A stretch of DNA of 64,000 nucleotides from Squalus acanthias (lineage: Eukaryota): positions 117,182,001 through 117,246,000 of the forward strand of contig CM059431.1 in assembly GCA_030390025.1 (NCBI GenBank). The letters run 5' to 3'. The notes under the pieces were generated by a model, which was not told the DNA's origin, did no database searches, and saw only the letters and a list, made by a program, of their open reading frames with translations. Each line of letters begins with the position of its first letter. Position 1 is the stretch's first letter. Of the stretch, positions 51,123 to 63,430 are shown piece after piece. The position numbers and the translations under genes were made by a program.

Positions 51123-53795
51123 AAGGTACACAGAGGACTGGGAGATGCAAATAGCAGTAGAGTAAAGAATAGTTCAGAAATAGGAGGAATCGGACTTGGG
51201 CAAATTCGAAGCAGTCTAAGATGGGTTTAGAGTGCATGTGCGAAAATGCACAGAACGTGGTAAATAAGGTTGGTGAGCTCCAGGCACAAGTCACCACATG
51301 GGACTATGACATAGTGGCAATAACAGAGACCGGGCTCAAAGAAGGGGAGGATTGGGAACGTAATATTCCTGGCTACAAGATATTCAGGAAAGATAGGGAA
51401 CAAAAAAAGGAGGGGAGAGCAGTGAAGGGGTCAAAAGTTAGATTAGCGGATTAACTGACTAGCTGGCAGATGTAATAAAGGAGAAGTCTGGCAGAACAAA
51501 GACAGTTGGAAAAAGCATATTACACGATGATTGGGGGCGTGAAAGAAGGCAAGGAGGCCATACATTGAACAATGGGCCGCCAATGTGATTTGCGAAGATG
51601 TGGTTAAGTGTACGAAATTGGATAAGAGCTAAAGAGTAGAACAATGGCAGATGTGGAAACAGGGCAAATGAGATAAACAAGATGTGTTTTGTGGAGATGT
51701 GATTAAGTGTACGTGACTTGGACAATTAATTGGCCAAGTCCCGAAGATGTAAAGGAAACAAGATGTAAGATTGTATATAAGCCAACTGCTTGAATGTAAA
51801 AATTAGACTCCCATCTCAGCTCAGACTGAGAGGGCCTCCCCCTGCACGTGCTTGAATAAAGATTGCTTGGAACCAGTACATGCTCGTCTCCATCTGCTTT
51901 GAGGCAGAGAGAAATCCCACAACAACTAGCAGTATTAATCAGAGAAACTATTATAGCACTGGAGAAGGATGATGTAGTTGAGGGGTCAAAGCCAAAGTCT
52001 ATTTGGTTAGAATTAAGGAATGATGGAGGAGCTATTATGCTACTGGCTGTATACTGTAGGCCACTCAATAGTGGTCAGGAGATAGAGGAGCAAATTACAG
52101 GCAAATTACAGAAAGATGCAATAACTACAGAGTAGTGATAATGGGGGACTTCAATTATTCTAATATGGACTGGGATAGTAACAGTGTAAAGGGCAAAGAG
52201 GGGGAGGAATTCCTGAAATGTATACAAGAGAACTTTCTTGATCAGTGTGCTTCTAGCCCAATGAGGAAGGAAGCAGTGCTTGATCTAGTTCTGGGGAATG
52301 AAGTGGAGGAAGTGGAGCATGTTTCAGCAGGGGAGCATTTGGGGAACAATGATCATAATATCATCAGGTTTAAAATAGTTATGGAAAAGGACAAGGTACA
52401 ATCAAGTGTTAAAATACTTAACTGAAGGAGGGCTAACTTCAGTGAGTTGAAAAGGGATCTGGCCCAGGTGGATTGGATTCCAAAATTAGGAGGCAAAACA
52501 GTAATTGAACAACAGGAGGCCTTCAAAGAGGAGATGGTTCAAGTACAGAGTAGACACATTCCCATGAGGGGAAAGGAAGGGCATCCAAAGCTAGAGCTCC
52601 CAAGATGATGAAAAATATCGAGGTTAAAATGAGGCAGAAAAAGGAGGCTTATGATAATTGTAAAGCTCATAATACAGTAGAGAACCAAGCTGAATATCGA
52701 AAGTACAGAGGAGATCTAAAAAAGGAAATAAGAGGGGCAAAGAGAAAGTATGAGAATAGATTAGCAGCTAACATAAAAGGGAACCCAAAAGTCATTTATA
52801 AACATATAAATAGTAAAAAGGTAGGCAAAGGAACTTTGGGGCCAATTAGGGACCAAAAAGGAGATCTTCTTGTGGAGGCAGAGAGCATGGCTGAGGTACT
52901 CTGCATCTGTCCTCACTAGAGAAGAGGATGTAGCAAAAAAGGAGGAAGCAGTAGCAATATTGGCTAGGATAAAAATAGATAAACCCTGTCCAGATGGGAT
53001 GCATCCAAGGTTACTGAGGGAAGTAAGGGTGGAAATTGCAGAGGCTCTGGCCACAATCTTCCAATTCTCCACTCTGCCTTGGGTAGGGGTTGGTGCCAGA
53101 GGATTTGAGGATTGCAAATGTTACACACCTGTTTAAAAAAGGAGAGAGGGATAAACCCAGCAACTACAGGCCAGTCGCCTAACGTCGGTGGTGGGGAAAC
53201 TTTTAGAGACAATAATCCGGGACAAAATTAATTGGCCTTTGAAAAAGAATGGGCTAATAAATGAAAATCAGCACAGATTTGTTAAAGGCAATTCTTGGAG
53301 AAGGTGCAGAAGAGATTTACTAGAATGGTACTAGGGGTGAGGAACTTCAGTTATGTGGAGAGATTGAAGAAGCTGTTTTTTTCTCCTTAGAGCAGAGAAG
53401 GTGAAGAGGAGATTTGATAATGATGTTCAAAATCATAAACAGTTTTGATAGAGTAAATAAGGAGAACCTGTTTCCAGCGGCAGAAGGGTCGGTAACCAGA
53501 CACACAGATTTAAGGTGATTGACAGAAGAAGCAGAGGCGATATGAGGAAACATTGTTTTACGCAGCGTGTTGTTATGATCTGGAATGCACTGCCTGAAAG
53601 GGTGGTGGAAGTAGGTTCAATAGTAACATTCAAAAGGGAATTGGATAAATACCTGAAGGGATAACATTTACAGGGCTATGGAGAAAGAGAAGGGAGTGGA
53701 GTTAATTGGATAGCTTTACCCAAGAGCTGGCACAGGCATGATGGACCGAGTGGTCTCCTTTTGTGCTGTTTCATGCTATGATCCTATGATTCTAA
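51123..53795 (+). mobile_element. CR1 LINE ORF2 with the RT core deleted near 53295 and a solo LTR in the APE domain
   Basis: YDIVAITET, GDFNY, DHN; sequence jumps from QHRFVKG to LEKVQKRFTR; ctatgatcctatgatt tail. Confidence 0.9.
51423..51927 (+). mobile_element. ~0.5-kb solo LTR-like insertion
   Basis: Starts TGAAGGGG, has ...CACAACA near the end; AGCAG duplicated at 51418-51422 / 51928-51932; TATATAA near 51774, AATAAA at 51855. Confidence 0.75.
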
Positions 53796-53865
53796 CTCTG
53801 TGTGAAAGATGTTTGTAGAAGAGCTTTTATTTCTCTGACTTTGGAAAGCTACCTTTTGGACAATA

Positions 53866-55640
53866 GAGGGGAAATATTGGGTCACGCCCCCTTTGGGGCG
53901 ATAACTTCGCTGATGCGCTACTTTAACACCCCGAAAAAGTTAGCGCCCCCGCGCCCGAAATTGAATGGTAACGCCCCAAGCAGGAGGCGGGGCGCTACGG
54001 GAATTGATATTGGGTTCACTGTTACTGCAGTTGCATGAGTCCGGGCAGAAAGGGGCTGTCTGGGTTATTTCCTCCTCTTCCGCTTCGTCCTCCTCCTCTT
54101 CCTTCTCCTCATCTTCCGTTTCCGCCTCCTCCTCCTCCTCAGCTGGTCGCCTCATGATGACGAGGTTGTGGAGCATGCAGCAGACCATGACAAATCTTGA
54201 GACACGTTCTGGTGAGTACTGCAGGGCTCCTCCAGACCAGTCCATGCAGCAGAAGCATTTTTTTGAGGACGCCTATGGTCTAATCTATCAGATTTTGTGT
54301 GGCAGCATAGCTCTCATTGTACGCATGCTGCCCACGTGTGGTTGGGTTGCAGAGCAGAGTCATGACCCACGTGGTCAGCGGATAGCACTTGTCACCCAGT
54401 AGCCACCCTCTGGTTTGTCTTGGTGAGTCAAAGACTGCGGGAACCACGGACTGGCGCAAAATAAAAGCATCATGACTGCTGCCAGGATACCGGGCATTCA
54501 CCATCATGATGTGCTAAGCATGATCGCACATCAGCTGCACATTCAGCGAGTCGTAACCTTTTGCAGTACAATTCAGCATTTAGATACAATGCCTACAAAG
54601 CCATGTGCGTGCAATCAATGGCGCCCTGCACCATGGGGAAGCCCGCTATCCTGGGAATGTCACGTGAACGCTCCGCCTGTTTCTCTCTGGTCAGAGAGAA
54701 GACAATGAAGTCCCCTCTCCTGGCATAAAGAGCTTCTGTCTCCTCTCTTACACAGCAGTGGACAGCGAACTGTGGGATGTTACAGATGTCGCCTGCTCCA
54801 TCCTGGAAGGATCCCGATGCGCAGTATTCAGGGCCATGGTCACCTTCACAGCCATTGGCAGCGCTGTCCTTGCCCTGGAGTGAGGCTGCAGGTCTGGTTG
54901 CAAGAGGTGGCAGAGTTCGGTGAGCACCTCCTTCGTAAAGCGTAGACTCCTCACACACTGCTCCTAGCTCAGGCTGAGGTAAGAGAATTGCTCTCGGAAG
55001 ACCTTAGCTGGGTAAGGCTTCCTGCTGAGAGCCCTTCTCCCCCTCCTCCTCCTCCCTCTGCGAGTACCTTCTCCTCTTCTTGGAAGCCTCTGTTCCATCT
55101 CCCTGTCATGCTGCAGGCCAAGGGGTGATGACAACTAGAGCACCCATGACTGGGAGCAAGTGGTCTGACCAGAATCCTTGAAGTCAGAACCAAGGCCTTC
55201 TCCACTTGCAGCACCACTCCCTGTCACCTCACCAACTTTAAACAACTCTAGAAAGCTCCAAAGACTTCCACAAACTTACACGGAGCCATTAGAAATGAAT
55301 CAGCAACTAACCTGTAAGTAGGTGATGATCTCTTTAAATATCATTGGTAGGGGGCCCTTGCAGTCATTCGAGGTTAATGCAGGGCATTATTTCAGCGATG
55401 AGGACAAAAATGGCAGCGCTGGCGTCAAATCAGCGTTGCACACTGATTAACGTCACGATCTGCCTACTCTACATACTTCTGGTGCACGCTCCCAGCGCCG
55501 GCACTAACGCCTTCACCAAGATGGCGTCTGGTGTGGCACGCACCAGAAGCGTGCGCGCACGGCGCGGATGTCATTCTCGTCACAAAATGGCACCTGTAGC
55601 GTCAAAAAAAACAGGTGCTGCAGAGCCGAATTTCTAGCCC
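53866..55640. mobile_element. Harbinger deletion derivative with degenerate transposase (-, ~54000-55147) and no Myb gene
   Basis: AATTTCTAGCCC right end; GFPMVQGAIDCTH, YPGSSHDAFILRQS, GWLLGDK and CCMLHNL motifs. Confidence 0.88.
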
Positions 55641-56519
55641 AGTCTTTCCTCTCGTTCTGAAAATATTTCAACAGATCCGTCTGTAGAACGAGGTTCTCTG
55701 TTGCCAACAAACCTGCTGGTTGACGTGGCTGCAGGTTCACAATTGGGCTTTCTTCACTTTTCCCCACAACTCCTCAATGCCTCTTTAAACTGCTACAGGC
55801 CTTTAAGATCTGTGGCATCATATAATTTTCAGCCCCACTAGTAGTTCGGCTGCCAATCAGATATAATTCATGCCTGCAGCTCGCGCACAATATGCTAATG
55901 AGGCTGAACCGAGAAATTCGAGTGCATTAAGCACTCATTGACTCAAAGGTTGCTGACCTGGCACACCTGCCTCTCGCCAAGTCCACGCATACACAGATGA
56001 AAATTGGCCCCATTATCTTCGTTACATACTGGTCGATTTCCCAGTCCTGCTGGACCACCACAAGCAAAGATCAGAAAATCTACCCCCTAGCGTATAATGA
56101 TTCAAAGTTTTGGAGAATATCCATATATCTTTTTAGAACATGCTCATTTGTCAGGTGCGTTGTGGTTGGCTGCAATATATTGGAAAATAAATTGCAGACT
56201 CCCACTGAGTTTTGCATTTGTTACTTGACCCATCTGAACTTATTGCTGTAATTAACATCCTATAACTATGCTATTAATTTACCAAAGCACAATTCAACGT
56301 ATCATGATTGCATAGATGAATCTGTATTTTCTTTCCTTCATTGCACAATTTAAATTGGCCCAATATTCATCTTTTAGTGAAAGATGGGAAAATACTTGTT
56401 TTTGTCTTTAATTAATGCTAGCAAAATAGGCAGCTTTGCAACACATGGTTTCTGAAAATACAATGTCATTAGTGAGTTGTTACCTATGGAATAAAGCTGG
56501 CATTCGCTCATCTCGTAGA

Positions 56520-56585
56520 TGCCGCATGCACCAGACCGGAAGTTGAGATCCACTGTTTTGCCTGTAATTCAGTTGCTTGGGTGAC
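56520..56585. promoter_or_regulatory. Promoter-like motif cluster (ETS, X-box-like, NRF1-like)
   Basis: ACCGGAAGT (56535-56543), GTTGCTTGGGTGAC (56572-56585) and GCCGCATGCA in unique, locally CpG-containing sequence. Confidence 0.3.
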
Positions 56586-57260
56586 GTTCGGTAGGATTTC
56601 TTGGCATTCTCTTTTAGCTGCTTAATCCTGCGGCAGACAACTTCAATTTTAGATTCAAAGTACTCAATCAGACAATTAGATATTTAATTCTATTGGAGTG
56701 GTTTAAATTTGCACGTATTTTCAATCAGATAATTCTGTGGCATCTTTGTCAACATCTGCCCTGGATATTATAGAGATTAGGTTTGGCCATTGGGAGATTT
56801 CAGAAAGACAAGAAGCAACTTTCCAGAAGCTGCATTTAATTTTCTAATCTATTCTTCATAACCCAGATATAATTTTCATGTTTGAATATTAAGTGCCGTT
56901 GGCCCATAAGAGTAAAAAATAATCAGTGACAGCTTGGTGTTGAGTTCCAAGTATCTTTACTCATGAGTAAAAACGATAATTACTCACTTGCGCCTGCAGA
57001 TCTTATAAGTTTAGAGCATGTCACTGGTGAGATATTAGCTATTTATTTAGTCCTCTTCACAAACGTCCTGTGGAGCTCCCCATTCTAAATCCTCAAGGAT
57101 GCGAAAGGATTACATAGTACTCGCTAACTAAAAGCTGGCAATTTATTTAAATCTTGTAGCAAGATGAATTATTAGCTGAAGCAACTAGATTAGGCATTGA
57201 CTCCATGATTATAGCCATCTAGTGTGGAGGCTGAGCAATTACAGCTATATGGAGAAAGAG

Positions 57261-57445
57261 AGGGTGAAATTGGTCTTGGGTAGTAGCACAAAATAGCGTG
57301 ATAGCAAATCGGCAGGCCGCTTTATACCGCACCCGATTCTCTTTTCCATTGACTTCAATGGAAAACAAAATAGGACAGGGTATAAAAAGGGTTTCTGATT
57401 TGCCTTCACTCATTTTGTGCTACCACCCAAGCATAAGTTCACCCT
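57261..57445. mobile_element. Palindromic Harbinger-type MITE
   Basis: AGGGTGAAATT / AAGTTCACCCT termini; centre ttttccattgacttcaatggaaaa shared with 13601-13775. Confidence 0.75.
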
Positions 57446-57734
57446 TACAGAGAGAGAGACAGCCCCCATGATTGCACAAGTTGGGTAGCAGTGTGAAAAT
57501 CGGCAGTCAGCAAAGGCTTTGGTAAACACCATTTGTTTGTGAAATTCAGCCTGACTTCTCCTTTTGAATGTTTCAATGAATGAGAGAGGTAAAACAAATT
57601 TGGTCTGTATGCCTGTCCATGTTTGAACATGGACTCCTGTTACATGTGTACTGCAAAATGGATCAGGACCTCAACACCACTTGAGAGGGAGCAGCATCAG
57701 ATATAGGACAAGACTTGTTCTTGCCTCCTCCCCC

Positions 57735-57895
57735 CGCCCCAACTTTCCCTGTACCTGTGCTTGCTTAAAACCTCTTACATCTGTAACATTTTCCAGTTCT
57801 GATGAAGGGTCACAGACCTGAAACGTTGACTCTGTTTCTCTCTCCACAGTTGCTGCCTGACCTGCTGAGTGTTTCCAGCATTTTCTATTTATATT
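57735..57895 (+). mobile_element. PLE-derived short element with minimal hammerhead motif (57795-57831)
   Basis: AGUU-CUGAUGA-A-GGGUC(ACA)GACCU-GAAA-CG-UU-GACU; palindromic AACGUU stem III. Confidence 0.75.
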
Positions 57896-58041
57896 TATGA
57901 TAGGACAAGACATGCTGGTGACAGAGATGCCAGCGTTCATTTGTCCCATATAAATGACACATAGCTATTGTAAAATAGTGAGCATTTCTTGTACGGATGG
58001 CATATTGCACCAATACAGCAGGCATATGATATAGTTGCACC

Positions 58042-58193
58042 CAATGTTCCCCCTAACCTTTTATTTGTGCACGGGACCTTTAAATCTGCACGGCTGCGCA
58101 TGCGTGGTATCCGTTCCAGCGGCAGCAGCTGGTGAACGGGCTGCGTGGGACCTTGCAATTGATGCATGGCCGTGCACCTTAGGGGGAACTTTG
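58042..58193. mobile_element. hAT-type MITE
   Basis: TIR CAATGTTCCCCCTAA / TTAGGGGGAACTTTG; 8-bp TSD GTTGCACC / GTTACAAC (6 of 8 match). Confidence 0.75.
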
Positions 58194-58559
58194 GTTACAA
58201 CACGTGTGTCAATGTCAGTTTTGACATAGTGTGCCTACAGGACTGCAGAGAATATTCAAGAATCATAAAAATTGCTTTCTTTGTAAGACGTGCGGAAATC
58301 GCCCCTCGCCCCGTCAAACAGCTTCCATAGTTCAGACCCGTCAAAAAGACAACACAAAACCCAATGAATCTGCAAAACATCTTTTATTTAAAAATCAGCA
58401 AGAGATTACAAGCAAGCATCCGATAGTTATGTAGCATATAATAATTCACAATTTCTATACCACAGCATAAACAGAGCTATCACTTTTTCTTTAAGCTCAA
58501 GCAAAACTCCACATATGCACTAACACCAGTGAGTGGTCAATTCGGCAGTGACTAGACAT

Positions 58560-59324
58560 GGGCCAGAAATTCGTCTCTCCGGCTTCCTGCGGGTGCAAGC
58601 ATCGCGTGCGTACTTACCTACCGCGCCTGCCGTTGTGCTTCGGGCCCACGAGGACTTCGGCTCCTGGGCCTCCTCCAGCTGCCGGTGTGCAGTGCTTGCG
58701 TATCCCAGGGGCGCAGTTAGTTCAAAGCGTTCCCTGGGATCACGTGGGCAATGGAGTGCCAATCCTAATAGGGCATTTTCATTCATAGATTTGACAGGAA
58801 GACCTGTCAAATCTATGAATAGGGATCAGCCCCAAAGCCACACTAAAACTTCAAATAAATTTAAAAAACACCATCACATTTTTAAAATAACTATAAATTA
58901 CATAAATTAACTACTTTAAACAAAAATTTAAATTTTTGAAAAAATTAATTTAACTTTTTAACGGTACTAAAAATAAACTTACCTTTCTTTAAAGTATGTA
59001 AAAAAGATAAACCTGTTGAAAAAATGTTTAAATTGTAATTAATTAACCACTTACCTTGTTAAAAACAGGCCTTGCGCCTCCTTTTTAAATGTGCAGCTTC
59101 TCCATACTTACCCTCACGGAGAAACCTGAAAAAAAAATCGAAGTTCGCTGCGTGCGCACAGCCTCTCCCACGCACGCGTTCGACTTCTGAACCCCTTCCT
59201 TCAGGGGAACGGAAGTTCCGGTTTCCCGCGCATGCGCAGTGCATGCGTGAAACCGGCACTTCAGGTGGCCTTACGGGTGAGTACACAGCGCGTACTCACC
59301 CGACAAGAGCCGAATTTCTGGCCC
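58560..59324. mobile_element. Young CpG-rich Harbinger MITE
   Basis: Perfect 14-bp TIR GGGCCAGAAATTCG; internal hairpin attcatagatttgacagg-aaga-cctgtcaaatctatgaat. Confidence 0.9.
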
Positions 59325-60099
59325 ATGGATTTCAGGAAACTGACCAGGTCGCCCGGCTGCAGCAGTGAGTGGTCTTGAAACAGTACCTTTTATACCCTAA
59401 AATTCGGCTACCCTCCCACTGCGTACGTGTCCCTAACTATACGGCATAATGGTCATCAGTTGTTTCTCAGACCCTCTTATCACTAGTTCGTTGAGCATCT
59501 GTGGGTCTCAAGGCTAGGTGCATTCCATAGTCTGAAGATGTTTCTGTTATTGCATGGATTTCACAGTTCAATAGCTAATAGCTTCTTCTTCTCCACAAAA
59601 CTTTTTGAAACTGTTTCCAGTTGCAGCCTTTCACTTTTTTTTTAGCAGAAAGTCTCTGTTCCTGTTCAAGGCCTCTTTATCTGTGAAGTTTTTTTCGCAC
59701 AAGTTCCCACAGGAACCTCTCAACCTCTCGAAGCATGCTGGTATATCAAAATGTGATCATTTGTTTTCAGTTTTGGTCAAGTTACAGCAATATTTACAGC
59801 AAATGGCTTATTCTGCATCTTTAACTTTAAGGATATGATTTTAAATTTCTTTTTGAACTATGCCACAAAATGAGATGTTTTCTTTACCTTGCACTGCTCT
59901 GCAGAGTGATACTGTGTAATGTGCACATTTTGTATACTGCAATGTACTGTTTAGTTTGAAAAGAATTCAAGGCTACACCTTCTGCTACAGTGCTGGGGTC
60001 ACTGAGGGAAAATGCTACTTTCTTGAAAATGGCTTTTCATTTTCTTCTGTTTTGTTTACCCTTTTACCTCTCCTCATCTGAAGATGTGATCCATGGTAT

Positions 60100-60445
60100 A
60101 TTTTGTTCCATTGACACCAACAGACCTTTAGAACCTCTCCCAATTGGCCATTCTTCTTGTGGGTGGCTAGTGAGTGAATATTGGCAAGCCATTTCACCAG
60201 GGAAGCTTCATATCCCAGCCTAACGCTGTCCTACCTGTCTATACATGCAATAGCAGCAGGAATCACTGGATAGATATCAGTAACAAAAAGCTTGACTAGT
60301 CTTTACCTTCCATAGCCTAGCATAGTCTATTGTAGTGGTTGAAATCAGCTAACTCAGGATAGAACCTGGATTGAACTTGTGATTTTCTGTTCTTTATGGT
60401 TCAGCAACATGTCATGTGGTCCATATACCTACTGAGCTATTGGAG
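60100..60445 (-). mobile_element. Degenerate tRNA-derived SINE
   Basis: Reverse strand tagctcagtaggta...gttcaatccagg...gagttagctgat head. Confidence 0.55.
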
Positions 60446-61209
60446 GAGAAAAAGTTTTATTTTATAATCATTTGAAATATTTTTGAAACCGGTGTCATTC
60501 CTTTGTGGCCCTGTTTGGAACACTGACAATGTAGTAGAATGTGAGCTAACATTGGCCAAGCTAAGATACTAATCTTGGTTGTTGCCATCTTGTGAGGCGC
60601 ACAATAGAATTGAGGTATTTTCCCAGAAGGAGGGAAATAAAATCGGAAGATGAGTCATCTCAGACTGTTCCTCTAAATATCGAACCACCGGTTACAAATT
60701 ACTATTAGCACCAACCTTGGAATAAGTAGCCTTCATCCTTCCCGAATGAACAATGTGCATGGAGCTGGGGATCTAAAAAAGGGTGAAAATAACTAAAATA
60801 TAAAAGAATTGTTCTACAATGGAGGGCTCTTGACTTTTAAACTATCTAGTGACAAGACATCAGCGTTGATTGTACCAATCTTTTGGGATATCAGTCCTTT
60901 TATACTTTATTCAATAAACAACAATATTCTATTATTGTGGAACTACAAACTAGTATTATAGTATGATCTATGGCTGCCAATAACAAATCATTATGTTTCT
61001 CCTTATTAGCTATGGTGCAGGATCTTGGGAGTTTTTGCTACAGAGACAGCAGTGACAATGAAGCAAACATTCATGTAATATGATGGTTGCTTTCTTTTTT
61101 TTGTCATTGCAAAGACATCAGCCTAATGACTCCAATATAATTGACTTGGGATTGGTGTAGTGGGGGCACAGCACCACTGTTTTCTTTCCTTCAAAAAAAA
61201 GGATAAGGA

Positions 61210-61648
61210 CCATAGAAACATAGAAACATAGAATCTAGGAGCAGGAGTAGGCCATTCGGCCCGTCGAGCCTGCTCCACCATTCAATACGATCATGGCTGA
61301 TCATCCAAATCCAGTACCCTGTCCCTGCTTTAATCCCCACAGTACACATATCCCACCCTACCCCCGTAACCCCACGTATTTAATTCCCCCTAACATATCC
61401 CATCCTATCCCCATAACCCCACATATTTAATCCCCCCTTAACACTAAGGGTCAATTTATCATAGCCAAATCAACCTAACCCGCACATTTTTGGACTGTGG
61501 GAGGAAACCGGAGCACCCGGAGGAAACCCACGCAGACACGGGGAGAATGTGCAAACTCCACACAGACAGTCACCCGAGGTCAGATTCGAACCCGGGTCTC
61601 TGGCGCTGTGAGGCAGCAGTGCTAACCACTATGCCACCGTGTTGCCCC
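61210..61648 (-). mobile_element. HE1/V-SINE-like SINE with CR1-derived 3' tail
   Basis: tRNA-like head gggcaacacggtggcatagtggttagcactgctgcctcacagcgcc...ggttcgaatc; V-domain gggtttcctccgggtgctccggtttcctcccaca; (tttctatg)n CR1-type tail. Confidence 0.88.
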
Positions 61649-61961
61649 ATGAAGTGGTAGAGGTTCAAAATGGCATCGGTTTGATTTCTTTTCAGTTGTT
61701 TATTTTCAATTTTTTTGAAAGACATTCAATCGCCTACCTTAACTATCGGTGGACTATTTCCATTCCACCCCAAAATAAATGGTGGCACTGGTGCATAAAC
61801 ATGCTGATGTGTATGCAAATTTTAGTTTACGTATTCATCTAGCAGGGCTATTCATCATTTTCTACCACTGAATGGAATACATGTAGCACCATATCACGAT
61901 TAGCATTGATGTTAATAATGAAAATACAATTCTTCCAGGAAGTCCAAATAATCACTTCATT

Positions 61962-62147
61962 AATACAAAAGCAAAATACTTCGGATGCTGGAAATCTGAA
62001 ATAAAAACTTGCTGGAAATACTCAGCAGGTCAGGCAGCATCTGTGGAGAGAGAAACAGAGTTGACGTTTCAGGTCCTGAAACGCTAACTCTGTTTTTCTC
62101 TCTCCACGGATGCTGCCTGGCCTGCTGAGTATTTCTGGCTTTTTCTG
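61962..62147. mobile_element. Miniature inverted PLE-derived insertion
   Basis: 13-bp TSD TAATCACTTCATT (61949-61961 / 62148-62160); two divergently oriented pLTR ends, one with a longer tail. Confidence 0.85.
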
Positions 62148-62454
62148 TAATCACTTCATTGGCCACTTGTCTTTGGTGCTACACTTATTGCTATTTCTAA
62201 AGTGTCATTGCTATAGCAAATTACTGCATCAAATTGTATTACTGCCACTCTGATGATGGATGAAGCTGATATATTAACACAATGTGCCACAGACTGTTGG
62301 GATGGAGGTTTACTCCCGAGTTCGCCCACACAATAACCTAGCTGCGCTTTCAGAGGAGGCAGAGCGATGAGGTGAACCCATCTTAAACAGGGAAAGATAA
62401 ATTGATGAATATTAAATTCACAGTGGTGTAAGGATCTTCTGAAAATTAGCAGAA

Positions 62455-63430
62455 GAAAGAAAGCATTTTATTTGTACAGCACCTTTCCCACATGACAACA
62501 GTGACTACACTTCAAAAGTACTTCATTGGCTGTAAAGCACTTTGGGATGTCCTGAGCTGTATAAATGCAAGTCTTTCTTTTTTCTTTTTACCTTATCAAG
62601 TCTTGAAGAAATTTCTGAAGGCACTTCACGTACAATGAATGACTTTGAAGTGCAGTGACTATTATTACATAGCAGCCATTTTGCACACAAGAACCTAGAA
62701 ACAGCAAGGAGTTGAATGACCAGTTAATCTATTTTTGGTGGTGTTGGTTGAGGGAGGAATGTTGACCAGGATATCAGGAGAACTCCCTGCTGTTCTTTCC
62801 ATATTGTCATGAGATTGTTACGATCCACCTCAACCACTAGACCGAACAGTCATCCTTGGTTTAATATCTCACCTGAAGGTTGGCATCTCCAGCAATGTAG
62901 TGCACCCTCAGCATGGCCCTAGAATGTCAGTCTAAATTATATACTCAAATTGCAGGAAAATTACCGAATAAATTTGGTAATTCATTTGCTGCCTGAGTTC
63001 TTAATTAAAGTGCCACCTTGGCTCAGTTGGTAGGACTCTTTATCTGAGTCAAAAGGTGTGTGTTCAAGCCCTATTATGAATGAGTGCATAATCTAGGCGG
63101 ATACTTCAGTGCCAGTCTGAGAGAATGCTGCATTGTTGGAAGTGTAGTCTTTCAGATGAGACGTTAAACCAGGATCCCGTCTGCCTGTTCAGGTAGATTA
63201 AAAGATCCCATGGGACTATTTGAAGAACAGCAGGGAATTCCCCATGTCAACATTTCTCCCTCTACCAACATTATCAAAAAAAGAATGATTATCATTGTTC
63301 ATTTGTTATTTGTTGGACTTTGTCAATTTGTTGTGTGTTTGCCTTCAGAACAGTGACTGACTTCAAAAGTAAACCATATCTTGTAAAGCACTATGGGATG
63401 TTCTTAGGATTTAAAGTTTTATATAAAAGC
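62455..63430. mobile_element. Old Deu-SINE copies (62455-62945 minus; 63015-63430 plus)
   Basis: tctttcagatgagacgttaaacc...aaaagatcccatgg Deu core, diverged. Confidence 0.65.

Noticed and set aside
60068..60125. Possible minus-strand exon (MEQNIPWITSSDEE)
   Set aside because: Its acceptor lies in the tail of a degenerate SINE; no supporting context.
61575..61648. tRNA gene
   Set aside because: The tRNA-like segment runs straight into the V-SINE core and CR1 tail, so it is a SINE head.
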